Part shown: piece by piece, positions 12,301 through 19,898 of the stretch | How positions within the stretch are numbered: the first letter of the stretch is position 1 | Layout: each line of letters begins with the position of its first letter | From: an uncultured Bacteroidales bacterium | GTDB taxonomy: Bacteria > Bacteroidota > Bacteroidia > Bacteroidales > VadinHA17 | Assembly: GCA_963789985.1 (NCBI GenBank) | Contig: CAWBNA010000019.1 | Coordinates: 464,464 to 528,463, forward strand | Length of the DNA: 64,000 nucleotides | Reading direction: 5' to 3' | Position numbers and translations under genes: made by a program | Notes under the pieces: generated by a model | Databases searched by the model: none | Told to the model about the DNA's origin: nothing | Seen by the model: only the letters and a program-made list of their open reading frames with translations

Positions 12301-13458
12301 GATCTGAAAATCACGAGTGATGGTGGATTAGCCCTGGTTGCGGGGGATGATGGACTTAAGATCGTCAATATTAATCCAAAAGATGACAATTATAACAGTG
12401 TTGCAGTGACCGGAGCTTCAGGAACAAAGACCACTGGGGTCAACCCTAACGGTGAGTGCACTTTAGCTTTTGTAATTACTGAAGAAGGATCACTTATTGT
12501 AGTTGACATAGCTCCCCAGAGCGACTATTTTGGCACATTGGTCGTTGGCACAGGCTCGGGATCAAACCCAGGCAAGAAGGGAGGGGGACCTAGTGGTGAG
12601 GGACTGCACGTTTTTGTAACAACAGAGGACAATACGGTTCTGGTTTATGAACTTGGCATTGGAGGAATGGGATCCCCAGGAGGATTAGATGCTGGAAAGA
12701 TAATACTTACTAAAGTTGCAGAAATCCCGAACGCCGGTAATGGAGATTTGATTTTTGATGCGAGAAATGAAAAATTCCTTGCAATCTATTCAGGGACAGG
12801 AGTCAACGACGGAGCTTTAAAAGTAACAAGTCTGCTTAATGGCCCATCTACTCCTGAAAGCGGGATCGCCGGTTTAATTATTACTATCCGGCAGTTGATG
12901 AATTATGGTATTATCAAAGCAGCTAATGGCAATGAAATGATTAATAAGTTGTACGATGCATTAAATGACCTTCATAATAAAAAGACAAAAAATGTTATTA
13001 ATGACTTAAATGCATTTATCAACAAAGTAAGTGCCCAAGTTCCCAAGAATAAAAGTCAGCCAATAATTGATGCAGCCAATGCAATTATTAATCAACTGAA
13101 AGGTACTAAATCCGAAGATGAGGAATTACCTAATGATTCCACAAATCAGTCAAATCAGGAAATAATAGCCAAAACTCAGCTTGGCAGCATTTATCCGAAT
13201 CCAGGCAGTGAGGCTGTTACAATCAGTTACGAGGTTTCAGCTGATGATTTGAACTCCGGTAAGGTGACAGTACAGATCTACGATATGATCGGGAGACTAA
13301 TCGAAAACCTTGTCAATAATGTGATGGAACCAGGGCGGTATACAGTGACGTGGAACAGGTCCTCACTCAATGGGATCCCGGTGCATAAGGGAATCTATTT
13401 CATCAAACTCAAAGCAGGTAAAACAGTACAGGTGAAACAAATAATGCTGATAAGATAG
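6367..13458 (+). CDS. giant (2363 aa) T9SS-sorted multidomain protein: 2x FISUMP domain, parallel beta-helix repeats, metzincin protease motif, Ig-like/IPT domains, YVTN-type beta-propeller repeats, Por-secretion C-terminal domain
   Basis: One uninterrupted 7.1-kb ORF with a signal peptide. There are two FISUMP signatures (DIDGNYYDIVTI...WMAENLKTTRYND...YGYSIRCV and DIEGNYYNIITIGSQVWMAENL...GYSVRCV). Repeated NxIxGNYIG beta-helix turns are present. HEIGHNLGLLH (nt 10021-10053) matches HExxHxxGxxH, with STMFY downstream. SbsA-like Ig repeats occur (DNIPPTVLSITP..., DNVPPTILSTVP...), as do YVTN-like repeats (AYVTNYGSCTVSVID, VYVANYSSNDLSVID). The C-terminus IYPNPGSEAVTISYEV...GIYFIKLKAGKTVQVKQIMLIR is typical of a T9SS CTD. 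Confidence 0.85.
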   Translation: MNIIKKIILHIIAVTALFFTLSGVLFSQGQQGHQITDIDGNYYDIVTISSPTYPTYHIAWMAENLKTTRYNDTTPLNYPGDNNSDWEASTIGSYAWYNNDEATFKNTYGALYNWYVVNSSYNVLKEVCPTGWREAGYGDWIALVDIFGGESVAGGKLKATGTIEGGDGLWHSPNTDATNEAGFSALPGGRRLPDGSFEKIGTDGYWRVTKIVTEGQVVSYTMNYNSASLVREDVNEAYGYSIRCVHEDDIDGTLYTTPTLTTAIASSITETGAQSGGNITDDGNTPTIDSRGVCWSTSHNPTIANSFTSDGSETGSFTSDIAGLVPNTTYYVRAYATNSIGTAYGNEISFTTYKSDAITDIEGNYYNIITIGSQVWMAENLTTTRYANGDAIPTTPGSHDDISGESEPKYQWLSPSHFGRFYTWYAINDSRNVCPENWHVPSDVEWTILSNYLGGESVAGSKMKAIGNNWFHSNCSNGNNESGFTALPAGFRTDHDFEGFTYNAFFWSSTYANNSNAWSSKLYACQDQLTISEDLPGYGYSVRCVKDGNPAIVTNTNDVGEGSLRNAIEYANSTIGVKDTITFNISGPGPFTIKPVTPFPEITDPVIIDGYSQPGASPATAYNPAIIKIEIDGENLSSGTSGLRIRADNCMIKGLNINRFKADAILIGSSNESSFGNNNTIAGNYIGTDITGKNVFSENVFSEYQNTGIAVNKDNNRIGGNLPSERNIICGNIDGIAVSHNGNSILGNYIGVDVSGKLPLGNYRGIYVNVGTNNIIGGAGSGERNIVSSNATTGISIAWSSTGNKIIGNYIGVDVTGHLHLGNGDCGIGIMNGASDNIIGGSNPGEGNIISDNSNEGILIKFTSTDNAPRPSQRNKIQGNYIGTDASGTESHSNGKNGIKLDEYAINNQIGGTESGAANIIAFNGNSGVLCTGVTNPSSGNSILSNSIYSNTGLGIDLGNDGVTSNDNSDNDTGANNLQNYPLLSSVSFSPGKVNIIGSFNSNAGRAYTIQYFASKMKNVSGFGEGETFLGSETVNTNSSGNAAINTSFAINGASGQVITATATDPDGNTSEFSNAVGGLADLTVGSALDLHYVYNETGAEKITDGSDITAITNAFQTWTNIPTAGISFKNDGPVATKYANASDGINLVSFVDDQYDWTPGVLAYSARMVDMEANGGKGKITDADIIVNPEFANVLKGTVTENDAGTEGYYDIQSILTHEIGHNLGLLHSCIVNSTMFYWLDKGKTDERKLKPDDVAWASYMYPGGSYSTSYGTISGDITYGYDPNPKVVGAFITATNVSSGDQFHSYSEENGKYVVPVSAPAGSDSHYYIDIQPLDGSVNGFQITPANISNYIFSNTVYFDYPNEFYNSGESNNDDVNAKTAVPVSSGSETSGINIITNIDNIPPTVLSITPVSGTKVEILPDIIIKFSEPVDITSFTDASCYLQSGDNKYFGSYAKLGGNSDAIIFTPKNPLPYSTTFILHLIGQVSSSVKGITDLRGNELDVSGLAPYNIITINADNVPPTILSTVPASGATGVFVTDKISVFFSEPMNKTSVQNNFTVTGGGTSIAGSFSWNNELTAVTFTPSKSLSENTSYTLTLIDKISDLNGIRLGGDNTDNDDNVAVTFTTVAVSRPKIAYRGPDDNKTGITVTTPVVIDFTEPINTLTVNQTTFKLLLNGTQVNGSFEFLNENSRVVFRPDADLEFSKTYTVTLSESIMDVSDPSQNLDLAGKPTTTFTTAAMPLAPSILYIEKPTGAHSDEVTISGEGFDPNPSNNKVDFAGVSATVTGATLNSLTVKVPTTAQSGTVNVTVKSKTTSPGFFFYIIPDVLELPENWATTNTNSNSNPTGLALNTEATTAYITNPGLNTVSIIDMATLKITGSYKVGIMPLKIALNPTCTKAYVTNYGSCTVSVIDLITGSVKEINVGLNPWGVAVTPDGNRVYVANYSSNDLSVIDENPNSGGFDHVVANVNTGTGNKDLKITSDGGLALVAGDDGLKIVNINPKDDNYNSVAVTGASGTKTTGVNPNGECTLAFVITEEGSLIVVDIAPQSDYFGTLVVGTGSGSNPGKKGGGPSGEGLHVFVTTEDNTVLVYELGIGGMGSPGGLDAGKIILTKVAEIPNAGNGDLIFDARNEKFLAIYSGTGVNDGALKVTSLLNGPSTPESGIAGLIITIRQLMNYGIIKAANGNEMINKLYDALNDLHNKKTKNVINDLNAFINKVSAQVPKNKSQPIIDAANAIINQLKGTKSEDEELPNDSTNQSNQEIIAKTQLGSIYPNPGSEAVTISYEVSADDLNSGKVTVQIYDMIGRLIENLVNNVMEPGRYTVTWNRSSLNGIPVHKGIYFIKLKAGKTVQVKQIMLIR

Positions 13459-13481
13459 GTAGGGTTTACTGGATGGGTACG

Positions 13482-13510
13482 GCAGAGACGCTCAAACCGG
13501 GCGTCTCTGC
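13482..13510. terminator. bidirectional intrinsic terminator between convergent genes
   Basis: A perfect 10-bp stem, GCAGAGACGC (13482-13491) paired with GCGTCTCTGC (13501-13510), with a 9-nt loop. A T-run (ATTTATTT) follows on the plus strand. It sits between the stop at 13458 (+) and the stop at 13525 (-). Confidence 0.75.
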
Positions 13511-13524
13511 ATTTATTTCCGGTA

Positions 13525-14778
13525 TCATTTTATGATTTCCTGCAAATGCCTGATCGTAATTTCCTTCAGATGCTTCCTGGCTTCAGCCGCTTTTGCAGAA
13601 TCAGTCTCCAGTCCGATATAGCTCTCCCATATCTCAATGCTTTTTGACAATTGTCCTGAGGATTCGTACGCCTTTGCCAGAAGATAGTTTGTCTGTGGTT
13701 CCCTGGGATTAATGTTCCGTGAAAGTTCAAGATATTTCAACGCTGAATCATTTTGCTCCTGAATCAGGTAAGCATTGCCAAGGTTTTTGTAAATGAGATA
13801 ATTGTACTTTGACCGGGGAAACTGATCCATTGCACGGTTCAGAATCAGGATAGCATCAATGGGTTGATCAATCGAGTTAAATAAATTTCCCAGACCGCTG
13901 CAGGATACTGTATAAACCGTATCCCGGCGATATGTTGAATCTATCTTAATTGCTTCTTTATACCAGCGTATTGCCTGTTTGTAATCATTTTTGTCCTGCA
14001 GTGCAATTGCCAGGTTGTAAGGTGCATAACTGTTTTTAGGATCCAGGTTGATTGCTTTTATTATCTGGTTTACTGCTTTGTCCGTGTTCCCCTGTTTGTA
14101 GCTCACAACAGCCATGTTTCCCCATGCATAGGAATACCCCGGATCGCTTTCAAGTGCAATCTCCAGTTCGCTTCCTGCCGCTTCGTAATTGCCACTTTTA
14201 ATAAGTGTCACAGCATTAGCATTATGCTCCATTGCCAGTTTCCTTTTAGCCTCGCCAAGTCCCAGCATATGAGTCAAATTCTGCCTGTAGAACACCACCA
14301 GCAGAAGAAAAGCCAAGGTAATAGCCGAGAACAACAATTTCTTAATGTTTTTTTTCCTGATTTCCCTGGCTGAGACTGCATCAAGTCTGGCTTCTTTTAA
14401 CTGATCTTCAAGAACAGTAATCTTTTTCCGGAGATCGCTCTCTTCAGCGACAATCCCTTGCATATCAGCAAGTTCCTGTATGATGGTCTGGCTGGAAGGT
14501 TTTTCTTCTGTTTTTTCATCCAGGGTCTGTGTAATTTGAATTCCCTCCGGAGTAATGTCAAACACCCAGGTGAGGATGATAACAAGAATGAATACTATTA
14601 TCAGCAGCATCAGCACAAAATTAACGGTCCACTCAGGCAATCCCATCCTCGGGAAAATAATATCGACAGCCTGCAGTATCCCGAAAGCGACAGCAAGATA
14701 GACAATAGATGCCTTTACAACCTTGCGCCGTTTTAATTCTTCCCATAAGCTGAATAAATTCTTCGACTTTCTGGGCAT
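13525..14778 (-). CDS. membrane-anchored TPR-repeat protein
   Basis: A 417-aa ORF. The N-terminal module RKVVKASIVYLAVAFGILQAVDIIFPRMGLPEWTVNFVLMLL...WVFDITPEGI is typical of membrane TPR/cyclase-type sensor proteins. It has a coiled-coil, a second TM helix, then several TPR units (YAWGNMAVVSYKQGNTDKAVNQIIKAINLDPKN...). Confidence 0.65.
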   Translation of the reverse strand: MPRKSKNLFSLWEELKRRKVVKASIVYLAVAFGILQAVDIIFPRMGLPEWTVNFVLMLLIIVFILVIILTWVFDITPEGIQITQTLDEKTEEKPSSQTIIQELADMQGIVAEESDLRKKITVLEDQLKEARLDAVSAREIRKKNIKKLLFSAITLAFLLLVVFYRQNLTHMLGLGEAKRKLAMEHNANAVTLIKSGNYEAAGSELEIALESDPGYSYAWGNMAVVSYKQGNTDKAVNQIIKAINLDPKNSYAPYNLAIALQDKNDYKQAIRWYKEAIKIDSTYRRDTVYTVSCSGLGNLFNSIDQPIDAILILNRAMDQFPRSKYNYLIYKNLGNAYLIQEQNDSALKYLELSRNINPREPQTNYLLAKAYESSGQLSKSIEIWESYIGLETDSAKAAEARKHLKEITIRHLQEIIK

Positions 14779-14885
14779 CGTTTTTTTCTTAAGACCAAGT
14801 TTAAAACAAAGATAGTAAATTCCCGGATTAATATTTTCTGCTCATGGAGCTATCCGGATATCAATCGGATTTCTGAATAATTGAG

Positions 14886-14893
14886 TAATTTTG
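14886..14893 (+). promoter_or_regulatory. Bacteroidota -7 box (TAATTTTG) upstream of mprF
   Basis: It matches TAnnTTTG and lies 14 nt upstream of the ATG at 14908. This argues against the TTG start at 14881. Confidence 0.4.
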
Positions 14894-14907
14894 CCTTATT
14901 GTTGGTC

Positions 14908-17541
14908 ATGGATAATACAATTTCTCATCATTACTTATTCTGGTCCGCTTTAAAAACAAAGCTCAGACCGGTCAGGGAAAACAGCAAGCTTATTGCTCAG
15001 TTTTTACTGGCTGTCCTTATTATTGCGCTTGGGGCATGGTTCTTTAAACACGAAAAAACGGAATTTGGTGAAATTAAGCATATTCTGCTTTCATCACGAT
15101 TGCAATATATAATTCTCGGAATTTCAATAAGCGGAGTTTATATTGTTCTTCAGGGATTTATGTACAAAATGGCTTTCGCATCAGTAAAGAAGAAGGTTCC
15201 ACTTCTAAAAACCGTTGTTCTTTACCTGAAACGAAACCTTCTAAGCATTTTTATGCCGGCAGGCGGCGTTACTTCTCTTGTTTTTTTCACGGAAGATATT
15301 GAAGAGGCGGGAACCTCTAAGACAAAAATTCATTTTGCATCCTCAATTTATGCTTTCGTGGGAGTCCTGACGGTAGTACTGATTGCTATTCCCATCCTGA
15401 TCTATTCACTTGTCAGTGGCTTTTCAGGAACAGCTGAAATTATTGGCCTTGTTGCCATGATCTTCCTTATCTCAGCTCTTTATCTGATGTATAAGTCCCT
15501 GGTCAATAAAAAACTGCTTTACAAAACAGTTGTCAGATTATTTCCGTCGGCCGGGGTTTTCCTGGATGATTTCATAAGCCATACTATTGACAGCAAATAT
15601 CTTATTTACACTGTTTTAATTTCAGTTGTAATCGATCTGACAGGCATTTGCCACCTGTATATAGCCATGATTGCACTTGGCCTGAAGGCATCCATATTAT
15701 ATGCCATGCTTGGATATCTTGCTGGTGTAATTTCAATGTTCATATCACCATTCATGAAAGGGCTTGGTGCAGTTGAGATCTCAATCTCATTTGTCCTCGG
15801 CAGTTTTGGTTTTACCAGCGCTCAGGCTTTGTCCATCACCCTGCTTTACCGGTTCTTCGAATTCTGGCTTCCGTTGCTTTCCGGAGCAGTCAGCTTTGTA
15901 CTGAAGATTAACAAGTTGCTGATGAGGGTCGTCCCGGCATTTTTGATATTTTTCCTGGGTGTGATAAACATTATATCTTCACTTATGCCTGTTGTCACGG
16001 AGAGGGTTCACCGGCTTGAAGATTTTATACCTGTTGATGCAATTTCAGCTTCCAACTACTTCGTCTTTTTTGCAGGTGCATTTATGTTGCTCACTGCAAT
16101 ATACATGCTCGGGGGATTAAGAAATGCATGGTGGATCGCTCTGATCCTGAGTGCCGCATCATGCGCCGGACATCTGATAAAAGCTATTGATTATGAGGAA
16201 GCAATATTTGCATTTGGAATATTTGTGATACTTATTTTCTCAAGAAAAGAATATGTCATCAAAGGTAATCCCAAATTGCATGTGATCGGGGTCTGGTCAG
16301 CATTACTGAGCGTAATGGCTGTTCTGATATATGGAACAATCGGATTTTATTTCCTCGATAAAAAACAATTTGGTATCGAATTTAATCTCTGGCAAAGCAT
16401 TGTTTACACGCTAAAGAGCTTTGTTCTGATAGGAAATACGGGGTTAACACCACACAGGCATTTTGCAAGGGATTTCCTTATTTCAATCAATGTAAGCGGC
16501 TTTTTGTCACTATCATTCCTGTTCTATACTGTTATAAAGCCTTATTTTTATAAGAAATCAGCAACCCCGAAGGATATTGACAAAGCCAGACAGATAGCTG
16601 AGAATTATGGCAACTCGAGTATCGATTATTTTAAAACATATTATGATAAGCTGATATTTGCACCTGAAGGAATGGACGCTTTTGTTTCCTACCGGTCTGC
16701 AGGCGGCTTTGCTGTTGCATTGGAGGACCCTGTGGCTGATGATCCTGATGATTTTAAGCAATGTATATTGCTTTTTGACAAATTCTGTTATGATAATGGC
16801 CTCAAAACTATTTTCTACCGGGTACCTGAAGAAAGCCTTCCTTGGTATAAAGAGCTTTCAAAGAAAAGTCTCTTCATAGGCCAGGAAGCGATTATTGACC
16901 TTAATACCTTTGTACTGGAAGGAGGCAGGCACAAAGCCCTGAGGAATGCAATAAACAATACAATTGCCGAAGGATATAAATCATCAATCCACATTCCTCC
17001 GGTCAGGGATGGTTTAATGCAGCAACTGGAAGCTGTTTCAGATGAATGGCTCAGGTCGACAGGACGAAATGAAATTATTTTTTCTCAGGGTATGTTCAGG
17101 TGGAGCGAATTAAAAAATCAGACAATCCTTGCAGTTGAAAATCCTGAAGGAAAGGTAATTGCTTTTCTGAATATTATTCCTGATTTCACGCCCGGTGAAG
17201 CCACCTATGACCTTATACGTAAAACAATTGATTCGCCCCACGGAGTGCTTGACTTCCTGCTGGTCGAACTTTTCAGGTATCTGAAGTCACTGAATTATTC
17301 AACTGTTAATCTGGGCTTTGCCCCAATGAGCGGGATTGATGATCCCAATACTTTTTCGAAAAGGACCATGAATTTTGCGTATGAAAGAATTAAATCTTTC
17401 TCGCATTTCAAAGGTTCGCGCAATTTCAAGGAGAAGTTTTTCCCGACATGGTACAACAAATACCTCATTTATTCGCATGATTATGATCTTCTCCAGGTGC
17501 CTGCAGCTCTGTCGAAAGTGATAAAACCCGTTTATGACTAA
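14908..17541 (+). CDS. mprF: bifunctional lysyl-phosphatidylglycerol flippase/synthase (MprF family)
   Basis: About 877 aa. The N-terminal half has many TM helices. The C-terminal soluble domain (...GFAVALEDPVADD...FYRVPEE...HKALRNAINN...NLGFAPMSG...FKEKFFPTWYNKYLIY) is typical of the DUF2156/aminoacyl-PG synthase domain. Confidence 0.7.
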   Translation: MDNTISHHYLFWSALKTKLRPVRENSKLIAQFLLAVLIIALGAWFFKHEKTEFGEIKHILLSSRLQYIILGISISGVYIVLQGFMYKMAFASVKKKVPLLKTVVLYLKRNLLSIFMPAGGVTSLVFFTEDIEEAGTSKTKIHFASSIYAFVGVLTVVLIAIPILIYSLVSGFSGTAEIIGLVAMIFLISALYLMYKSLVNKKLLYKTVVRLFPSAGVFLDDFISHTIDSKYLIYTVLISVVIDLTGICHLYIAMIALGLKASILYAMLGYLAGVISMFISPFMKGLGAVEISISFVLGSFGFTSAQALSITLLYRFFEFWLPLLSGAVSFVLKINKLLMRVVPAFLIFFLGVINIISSLMPVVTERVHRLEDFIPVDAISASNYFVFFAGAFMLLTAIYMLGGLRNAWWIALILSAASCAGHLIKAIDYEEAIFAFGIFVILIFSRKEYVIKGNPKLHVIGVWSALLSVMAVLIYGTIGFYFLDKKQFGIEFNLWQSIVYTLKSFVLIGNTGLTPHRHFARDFLISINVSGFLSLSFLFYTVIKPYFYKKSATPKDIDKARQIAENYGNSSIDYFKTYYDKLIFAPEGMDAFVSYRSAGGFAVALEDPVADDPDDFKQCILLFDKFCYDNGLKTIFYRVPEESLPWYKELSKKSLFIGQEAIIDLNTFVLEGGRHKALRNAINNTIAEGYKSSIHIPPVRDGLMQQLEAVSDEWLRSTGRNEIIFSQGMFRWSELKNQTILAVENPEGKVIAFLNIIPDFTPGEATYDLIRKTIDSPHGVLDFLLVELFRYLKSLNYSTVNLGFAPMSGIDDPNTFSKRTMNFAYERIKSFSHFKGSRNFKEKFFPTWYNKYLIYSHDYDLLQVPAALSKVIKPVYD

Positions 17542-17577
17542 AGATATCAGATTTACCTGACATCTGGTAGTGATTTT

Positions 17578-18981
17578 TTATTTTCCGATGCAGAAATTCC
17601 TAAAGATGTTTCCAAGTATCTCATCAGTTGTGATCTGTCCTGTAATCTCCCCGAGGTAATGGATTGCCTGCCTGATATCAATTGCAATCAGATCTTCAGG
17701 AATTTTTTGCTCAAGACCTGAGATTACTCTTTCCATGCTTTCAGATACACTTTTCAGAGCTTCATAATGCCTTAAATTTGTGATGATCACATCTTCACCG
17801 GCAAGCCGGTTCATATCAACGCACTTTCCCAGAGTCTTTTTTAACCGGTCAAGGCCCGTCAGGTTCTTTGCAGAGATGAACAGCAGATTATCATCTATAT
17901 CGAGGTAAACTTTATTTTTCAAGTCATCAATTGTCTTCTGATCACCCAGATCCGTCTTGTTGATAAGGATGATAAGCATGCTTCCCGAGTCAGGTGTCAT
18001 TTTCCTTATCAGGTCAGCTCTTTTATTGATTTCCTCAGGCTGCTCAGTAATTTCGTCAACCATCAGGATAACGGATGACTGCATAATTTTCTCATGAGTT
18101 TTTTTTATGCCAAGGTTTTCAATTATATCTGAAGTTTCACGTAAGCCTGCAGTATCAATGAATCTGAATTCCAGTCCGTTAACAATTATGGTATCCTCAA
18201 TAGCATCCCTTGTTGTACCTGGTATTTCTGAAACAATAGCCCTTTCTTCATTCAACAGGGCATTCAGCAGGGTAGACTTACCCGAATTTGGTTTGCCTGC
18301 TATTGCCACGGGAATGCCGTTCTTTATCACATTTCCGAGCCGGAATGATCCTGCAAGAGTGTCGGTGAGCTCCTTTACTTTATGGGTGATCTCAAGGAGT
18401 TCCTTCCTGTCGGCAAATTCCACTTCTTCTTCTCCAAAATCAAGCTCAAGCTCTATCAGTGAAGCAAATCTCAATAGTTCCGACCTCAGTTTTTCAATTT
18501 CAGATGAAAAGCCCCCGCGCATCTGGTTCATTGCGATACGGTGCGCTTCCCTGGAACCTGAGGCAACAAGGTCGGCAACGGCTTCAGCCTGCGACAGATC
18601 CATTTTCCCGTTAAAAAAAGCCCTTTGTGTGAATTCACCCGGCAAAGCTGCCTTTGCCCCGTTTTCAACAAGCAGCTCAAGTATTCTTGCAAGAATGTAT
18701 GGCGATCCGTGACAGGAAACCTCTGCTGAATCCTCACCCGTGTATGAGTGCGGTGCCCTGAACATGCTCAGAAGCACTTCATCAACGATCTCATCACCCT
18801 TATGAATAAGGCCATGAACTATCCTGTATCCCTTTTCTTCCTTTAGTATCAGGCTTTTATCTGAAGGAAGGAATATCTTTTCACAAATATCAATTGCCTC
18901 CGGACCGCTTATCCTGATCACTGATATCGCTCCTCCGTGAGGAGTTGCAGGAGCGCAGATAGTCTCTTCTTTCCTGATCAT
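17578..18981 (-). CDS. mnmE: tRNA uridine-5-carboxymethylaminomethyl modification GTPase MnmE
   Basis: ICAPATPHGGAISVIRISG N-terminus, G-domain motifs GKPNSGKSTLLNAL and DTAGLR, and the invariant C-terminal CIGK. The ATG at 18981 is preferred over the listed TTG at 19005. Confidence 0.9.
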   Translation of the reverse strand: MIRKEETICAPATPHGGAISVIRISGPEAIDICEKIFLPSDKSLILKEEKGYRIVHGLIHKGDEIVDEVLLSMFRAPHSYTGEDSAEVSCHGSPYILARILELLVENGAKAALPGEFTQRAFFNGKMDLSQAEAVADLVASGSREAHRIAMNQMRGGFSSEIEKLRSELLRFASLIELELDFGEEEVEFADRKELLEITHKVKELTDTLAGSFRLGNVIKNGIPVAIAGKPNSGKSTLLNALLNEERAIVSEIPGTTRDAIEDTIIVNGLEFRFIDTAGLRETSDIIENLGIKKTHEKIMQSSVILMVDEITEQPEEINKRADLIRKMTPDSGSMLIILINKTDLGDQKTIDDLKNKVYLDIDDNLLFISAKNLTGLDRLKKTLGKCVDMNRLAGEDVIITNLRHYEALKSVSESMERVISGLEQKIPEDLIAIDIRQAIHYLGEITGQITTDEILGNIFRNFCIGK

Positions 18982-19127
18982 CAGAAAACCTTTTGTTACC
19001 TGCAAATTTATGAAACTTTATCTTCATTATATTTAAGCCATGCAGCAGATCCTTATGGAAAATGTGTAGAAAAATAATCTGCGCTCTCCGCTCTGTTCTC
19101 TGCGCTCAACGCTCTGATCCTTCCGGA

Positions 19128-19898
19128 CTACTTTTCAAGATTCTGAATACTGAAAAATGAATCATCGACAGTTGCGCCTTCATTGATTTTAGTGAAAGCT
19201 ATTTCTGACTTTCTGTCTGTTACAAGGTTACTGGAAGTCATATCCTTAACAAGATATTTTCCTCCGGCAAGAGGCTGGACGCTTTTTATTTCTATGACCT
19301 TAAAAAGCTTATTATCAAAATTATAGAATTCCATTTTCCTGATGCGGTAATCGTCCATGCCAATATAGCTTACCTTTCTTGAAAAACCGTATTCATCTGC
19401 TTTGTTATCACCGGCCGGAGTGCTTTCAATTATCCAGGTATTGTCTGTACCTGATTTTTCAATATGCCTATGCGTAAAATCAGAAAGGGTGGGAGAGATC
19501 ATATCCGCATTCGAAAACTCAGAGCTCATAAAACTTTTTCCCTTCTCTGAAGATACAATCCTTCTTGTTTTCTTCAGTGCTGGGAGATAGATCCACATCT
19601 CACCTGCACTGTTCTTGTTGTCGATTATCAGCATTGCAGTGCCTCTGACATCCGCCGGCTCGATGAACCTGATAAAACGCTTTTCCGTTCCGTCAGGATA
19701 GCTTTTGGTTGTCATTGAGATTGTGCGGTTTCTGGTTGCACCGTTCTTTTCAGTAATCACAAGGTTTACTGTTGCAATCAATGATCCCGTGATACTCAGG
19801 TCACGGCTTTTTTCCAGTATTTGCACCGGGTCAGGAAGCTGCCCTTCTGCCTGCAAAAGCGGCAGTACTAACGCCAATAACATCACTTTTCTTTTCAT
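19128..19898 (-). CDS. LolA-like outer-membrane lipoprotein-sorting protein
   Basis: It has a signal peptide MKRKVMLLALVLPLLQAEG. ...RFIRFIEPADVRGTAMLIID...EMWIYLPALKKTRRI... resembles LolA-like proteins that accompany MMPL/RND exporters. It is the last gene of the operon. Confidence 0.6.
   Translation of the reverse strand: MKRKVMLLALVLPLLQAEGQLPDPVQILEKSRDLSITGSLIATVNLVITEKNGATRNRTISMTTKSYPDGTEKRFIRFIEPADVRGTAMLIIDNKNSAGEMWIYLPALKKTRRIVSSEKGKSFMSSEFSNADMISPTLSDFTHRHIEKSGTDNTWIIESTPAGDNKADEYGFSRKVSYIGMDDYRIRKMEFYNFDNKLFKVIEIKSVQPLAGGKYLVKDMTSSNLVTDRKSEIAFTKINEGATVDDSFFSIQNLEK

Noticed and set aside
18107-18712. A long antisense ORF (201 aa) inside mnmE. Similar shadow ORFs include 281..769(-), 192..431(-), 20174..20560(+), 21041..21493(-), 21089-21889(+), 8764..9093(-), 22282..22614(+), 25074..25634(-), 26942..27301(-), 50242..50804 and 60868..61590(+).
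   Set aside because: Each lies entirely within a much longer ORF on the opposite strand that has clear family motifs. Their products are low-complexity or compositionally odd, as is typical of frame shadows.
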